Positions 60,752 through 64,000 of a DNA stretch of 64,000 nt are shown one piece after another. Under the pieces are notes generated by a model. That model saw only the letters and a program-made list of their open reading frames with translations, was not told the origin of the DNA and searched no databases. Every line of letters starts with the position of its first letter. The stretch's first letter is position 1. The stretch lies in the NCBI GenBank assembly GCA_038230375.1, contig JBBRNJ010000037.1, positions 17,443 to 81,442 of the forward strand, written 5' to 3'. Origin of the DNA: Polyangiales bacterium (GTDB lineage Bacteria; Myxococcota_A; Polyangia; Polyangiales; Polyangiaceae). The translations under genes were made by a program, and so were the position numbers.

Positions 60752-61186
60752 ATGACAACGTCCCGGACGGGCGGAAGCGACGGTCGAGTCCGCCTGCCCT
60801 GGCGCGTTCTTCTCGCCGAGGACGACTGCGATCTTCGTGCCCTCATCAGAGATACCCTGTCCGGCGACGGGTACGAAGTGATCGACGTGGCTGACGGGGC
60901 CGAGGTACTGGGCCGGCTAAAAGACGCCATTTCGTGTCCGCTCAAGATGCCGGACGTGATCGTGATGGACATCACCATGCCAGGCTACTCGGGGCTCGGT
61001 GTGCTCACGGCGCTGCGGCGCGCGCGCTGGAACACTCCGGTCATCATGATGACAGCCCTTGATCATCCAGCCATTCCCGAGAAGGCGCGGATCCTGGGCG
61101 CCACGGCGTTCTTCAAGAAGCCCTTCCGCATGAGCGACCTGCGGCACGCGATCGTCAGCGCAGCGATCGCGGCGAAGAGCTTCTGA
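60752..61186 (+). CDS. Single-domain response regulator (receiver)
   Basis: VLLAEDD, PDVIVMDITMPGYSGL, MMTA, FFKKPF; GGAG RBS before ATG 60752. Confidence 0.9.
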   Translation: MTTSRTGGSDGRVRLPWRVLLAEDDCDLRALIRDTLSGDGYEVIDVADGAEVLGRLKDAISCPLKMPDVIVMDITMPGYSGLGVLTALRRARWNTPVIMMTALDHPAIPEKARILGATAFFKKPFRMSDLRHAIVSAAIAAKSF

Positions 61187-61212
61187 TCCTCTGAAGGCAG
61201 GCACGTCACGCG

Positions 61213-62580
61213 TCAATGCGGCTGGAGCCCGCCGCAGCGAAACCCGATCTGCGGATCCGGCGAGCCGTCGACTGACGCGAAGCGAGCAAATGTGGAGGCG
61301 CTGGATGCGCGGCGCGCGTACGAGCCGCCGCGATGGGGAAAAGGACCTGGCCATTTCTCGTAGCCCGACACGCAGTCGGCGCCGAGCCTTAGGAGCGCCG
61401 TCCAGCAAGGGTTGTCATAGGTGACGAGCGCACCCTCGACCCACTCGGACAGATTTCCGCCCATGTTCTTCACTCCGCGCGGCGTGATGTCGAGCGGAGA
61501 GCCACCTGCCACCGGTCCGGTACGAACGCACGTCAGGTCGGCGGAGACGATGGAGCGAGCGCAGTCGGGCGGATTGTTGCCCCACGGAAAGCGATTGTCG
61601 CTCGAGCCGTTCTGCGCGGCGGACTCCCATTCGTCTTCGGTCGGGAGAAATAGACCGAGCTTGTCGCAGACGTCCCGCGCGAGCGAGCGCGATACGCAGT
61701 TCAGAGGAAGCGCGTCGTTCCTCGCGTCCTTCAGGCCAAGGTACGTACATGCGTCGGGCACGTCGACGTCGCCATGGACCAGGATCGCGAGCGGGTCGGG
61801 CGGAAGCTTCGCGAGGATCGGTCGTGCGCGACCCACCGTCATCTCGTCGATGTCGATCTGGGTCGAGAGACCTGGAAATTGCGGCACTGTGGGCGTCGTC
61901 GGGTACTCGGTGTCGACCCCGATCGAGCGTGCCTCACCAAGGATGAACGCTTCACCGGGGACGCACGCACGTCCTTCTCCGGGCGTCGTCCTGCAACCCG
62001 TGTTGCGGTTGATCGCGTTTGGCAGAAATGGATCGATGGAGATGCGTCCCTCGTCGTACATCGCTTGCTCGGGCGCGTCGCAGTGGAACGCGTCGTCAAC
62101 GCCGAGCTCTACGTTGCACGACGTGTGGGCGGCGACGTCAGCCGGACATCCGTAGCAATAGGCTTCGAGGATCAAGTAGAGCTTTGTGGTCTCGAACGGC
62201 AAGTTCGAGCTCGCCGGGGGCGTGTCGCCGATCGCGTCGATCACGGCGTGCGCGGGCGGGACGCCGTCGGGCCCCACATCGCGAGCGTGATAGAGGCGCC
62301 CCCTCACCCGCAGCGACGTCAGATTGAGATCACCCGGAAACGGCATGCCGAACGAGAACGGCATCGTGTCGATCGTGGTGTCGAACTCGTGGCGGCAGTC
62401 GTCACATGCGAGCGACCCGTCGGGCTTCAACACCTCGACGAGCACACGGTCGCCCCATGAGGGCACCGGCGCGTCCGTGGTGATCCGGACAAGGTACTGC
62501 TGCCGCCCGCAGCCCGTCCCGAGCACCGCGCTCATGAAGAGCACGAACGGCAAGAGCCGCAGCGGCTTCAGAATGCGCAT
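61213..62580 (-). CDS. FGE-sulfatase (SUMF1/EgtB/PvdO) domain lipoprotein
   Basis: Lipobox GTGC; PLNCVS, LPTEDEWE.AA, FPWGN, NMGGNLSEWV, RGGSY, IGFRC. Confidence 0.85.
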   Translation of the reverse strand: MRILKPLRLLPFVLFMSAVLGTGCGRQQYLVRITTDAPVPSWGDRVLVEVLKPDGSLACDDCRHEFDTTIDTMPFSFGMPFPGDLNLTSLRVRGRLYHARDVGPDGVPPAHAVIDAIGDTPPASSNLPFETTKLYLILEAYCYGCPADVAAHTSCNVELGVDDAFHCDAPEQAMYDEGRISIDPFLPNAINRNTGCRTTPGEGRACVPGEAFILGEARSIGVDTEYPTTPTVPQFPGLSTQIDIDEMTVGRARPILAKLPPDPLAILVHGDVDVPDACTYLGLKDARNDALPLNCVSRSLARDVCDKLGLFLPTEDEWESAAQNGSSDNRFPWGNNPPDCARSIVSADLTCVRTGPVAGGSPLDITPRGVKNMGGNLSEWVEGALVTYDNPCWTALLRLGADCVSGYEKWPGPFPHRGGSYARRASSASTFARFASVDGSPDPQIGFRCGGLQPH

Positions 62581-63917
62581 CGGAAACCCACGTCTTGCAT
62601 CGCGGTCGAGCGACCGCGTCTCAGGGATGCCTCGGCGGCGGTGAGCGGCGTGGACGTGGAGCCGCCTTTGGTGCTGCCGCGCGCGCGATCGGCCGGCGAG
62701 CACGTCGGGTCGGTGGCGACGCCGTCCTTCATGCACACGTCGAACGGCACCGCGGCATCCAGCACCCACTCGCGAACTCCGCCGGCGAGATCGAGCACGT
62801 TGTCGCGCGAGACGTCGGCGATGCCGTTGCACGAGCTCGGGTCCTTGTAGCTGCCGATCGCTATCTTGGGACGGCAACCGAGGTTGCCGCGGGCGAGCGC
62901 AGCAGCGCAACACGTGGGCTCCTGGTTTCCCCATGGATAGCGATAGCCGCGGCCACGACCGCGCGCAGCGTGCTCCCACTGCGCCGCCGTTGGCAGGCTG
63001 CCCCCGCGCGCCTTGCATGCCGCCAACGCAGTCTCGTACAAGACGCAGCGGACCGCCTCTTTCTCGGAGGCCCCCTTTGCGGTCGAATAGTTGCACTCTG
63101 CATCATTCGCCGAGACCTCCGGCGCCGCGGCGCTGGGGAGCTTTCCCGCGGCGACCAGCGAGCGGAACTGCGCGACGGTCGTCTCCGTCTCGTCCAGGTA
63201 GAACGGCGAGATCACGACGACGCGCGGCGGATTCGCGACGAGGTCGGAGACCTTGTCAACGAGATGGAGCGCGGGATCGCCGATGTCGCTGAGCCCGCCG
63301 GGAATGCACATCGCCCCGCCCGGAGCGGTGCCGCTGCACGCTACCTCTCTTACCCCGGACCAGGAGGCGACTGCCGGTGGTGGGTCGTCGAGCGTGGTCG
63401 CGGGGACCGAACGGCGCGCGGCGTCGACGCAGGTCGTGGCGTTGGTGAGGTCGACCGGGGCGGCGAAGCAATCGCCGTGGAGCACGATGTCGATGCGATC
63501 GAAGCCGACGACGGTCTTCTGTGCAAGGCGCGTGATCGAGACGCCGGGCTCGATCGAGGCTTCGTCGTCTTGATCGAGCTTCTCCCACGCGGCGCGGAAT
63601 CCGGTCACGCGGATGAGCGGAGAAGAGCCCACCGGCGCTTGGACGCCAAACGAAACTGGAAACGAGGACGAGCCGGACAGCACGAAATCCCGGGTCGCGG
63701 AAGGACTGCCGTCGCTCGCGAGGATCTCGACGCGCACCCGATCGATCGATGCCGCGGCGGACAGCGAGGGATCGTCGTCGAGTTGCGAGGGAAGCGCGAC
63801 ATCCGAGCGCACGGTCACGAGGAGTTGCGGGCGTGCCGGTGCATCGCTGCACGACGCGAGGAGCGCCGCGATCGTGACCGTCGTCGCCGCGATCGTGACC
63901 GTCGCGCGCGGGCTCAG
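62568..63917 (-). CDS. FGE-sulfatase domain lipoprotein (paralogue); start codon anomalous
   Basis: FYLDETETTV, LPTAAQWEHAA, YPWGN, DLAGGVREWV, KGGS, VGFRC. The frame continues upstream of GTG 63818 into a signal peptide and lipobox (LLASC); CTG 63917 is the proposed start. Confidence 0.8.
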   Translation of the reverse strand: MSPRATVTIAATTVTIAALLASCSDAPARPQLLVTVRSDVALPSQLDDDPSLSAAASIDRVRVEILASDGSPSATRDFVLSGSSSFPVSFGVQAPVGSSPLIRVTGFRAAWEKLDQDDEASIEPGVSITRLAQKTVVGFDRIDIVLHGDCFAAPVDLTNATTCVDAARRSVPATTLDDPPPAVASWSGVREVACSGTAPGGAMCIPGGLSDIGDPALHLVDKVSDLVANPPRVVVISPFYLDETETTVAQFRSLVAAGKLPSAAAPEVSANDAECNYSTAKGASEKEAVRCVLYETALAACKARGGSLPTAAQWEHAARGRGRGYRYPWGNQEPTCCAAALARGNLGCRPKIAIGSYKDPSSCNGIADVSRDNVLDLAGGVREWVLDAAVPFDVCMKDGVATDPTCSPADRARGSTKGGSTSTPLTAAEASLRRGRSTAMQDVGFRCAF

Positions 63918-63936
63918 CCGCTGGCGGACGCCACCC

Positions 63937-64000
63937 TCACGGCGAAGCTGTGATGCAGATCCCTACCTTGCGGCCGATCTCGGCGCGGAGCGCACGGCCA
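63937..64000 (-). CDS. 3' end of an upstream gene (partial)
   Basis: Frame GRALRAEIGRKVGICITASP-stop with GC-rich third positions; only 64 bp visible. Confidence 0.3.
   Translation of the reverse strand, partial: GRALRAEIGRKVGICITASP

Overview
High-GC (roughly 65-70% by eye), densely coding bacterial DNA. Its gene content points to a myxobacterium (Myxococcota, probably Polyangiaceae-like): many lipobox proteins with 'DGG/DAG' linkers, Cys-rich exported proteins, two Ser/Thr kinases, GYF-domain proteins and FGE-sulfatase paralogues. That placement is an inference. About 58 CDSs are supported. Recognisable functions: BVMO + alpha/beta hydrolase + divergent GntR, an oversized GlmS-like amidotransferase, ureidoglycolate lyase, adenosine deaminase, aspartyl protease-PDZ, a STAND-type ATPase regulator, an ice-binding (DUF3494) lipoprotein, a YpfJ-type metallopeptidase, a PHB-depolymerase-like esterase, an MlaE/F/D + PqiC-like MCE transporter, an S41-like peptidase, fatty-acid cis/trans isomerase, a fused MFS/spermidine synthase, an NTT (ATP/ADP translocase family) transporter coupled to an Omp85 barrel, and a response regulator. 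I saw no rRNA, tRNA, CRISPR array, transposase, integrase or reverse transcriptase. Most notable: (1) two catalytically dead trypsin-fold exported proteins with different C-terminal cargoes (a His/Cys clan-CD-like domain and ricin-B lectins); (2) a DUF4139 lipoprotein with an OmpA module inserted in it; (3) the NTT-Omp85 pair; (4) the 867-aa GlmS variant; (5) a lipoprotein made of two secretin-like domains; (6) a 143-bp nested palindromic MITE-like element and a REP-like hairpin inside a CDS. All family calls come from motif recognition only; no searches were run. Many start codons were re-assigned from the ORF track and are estimates.
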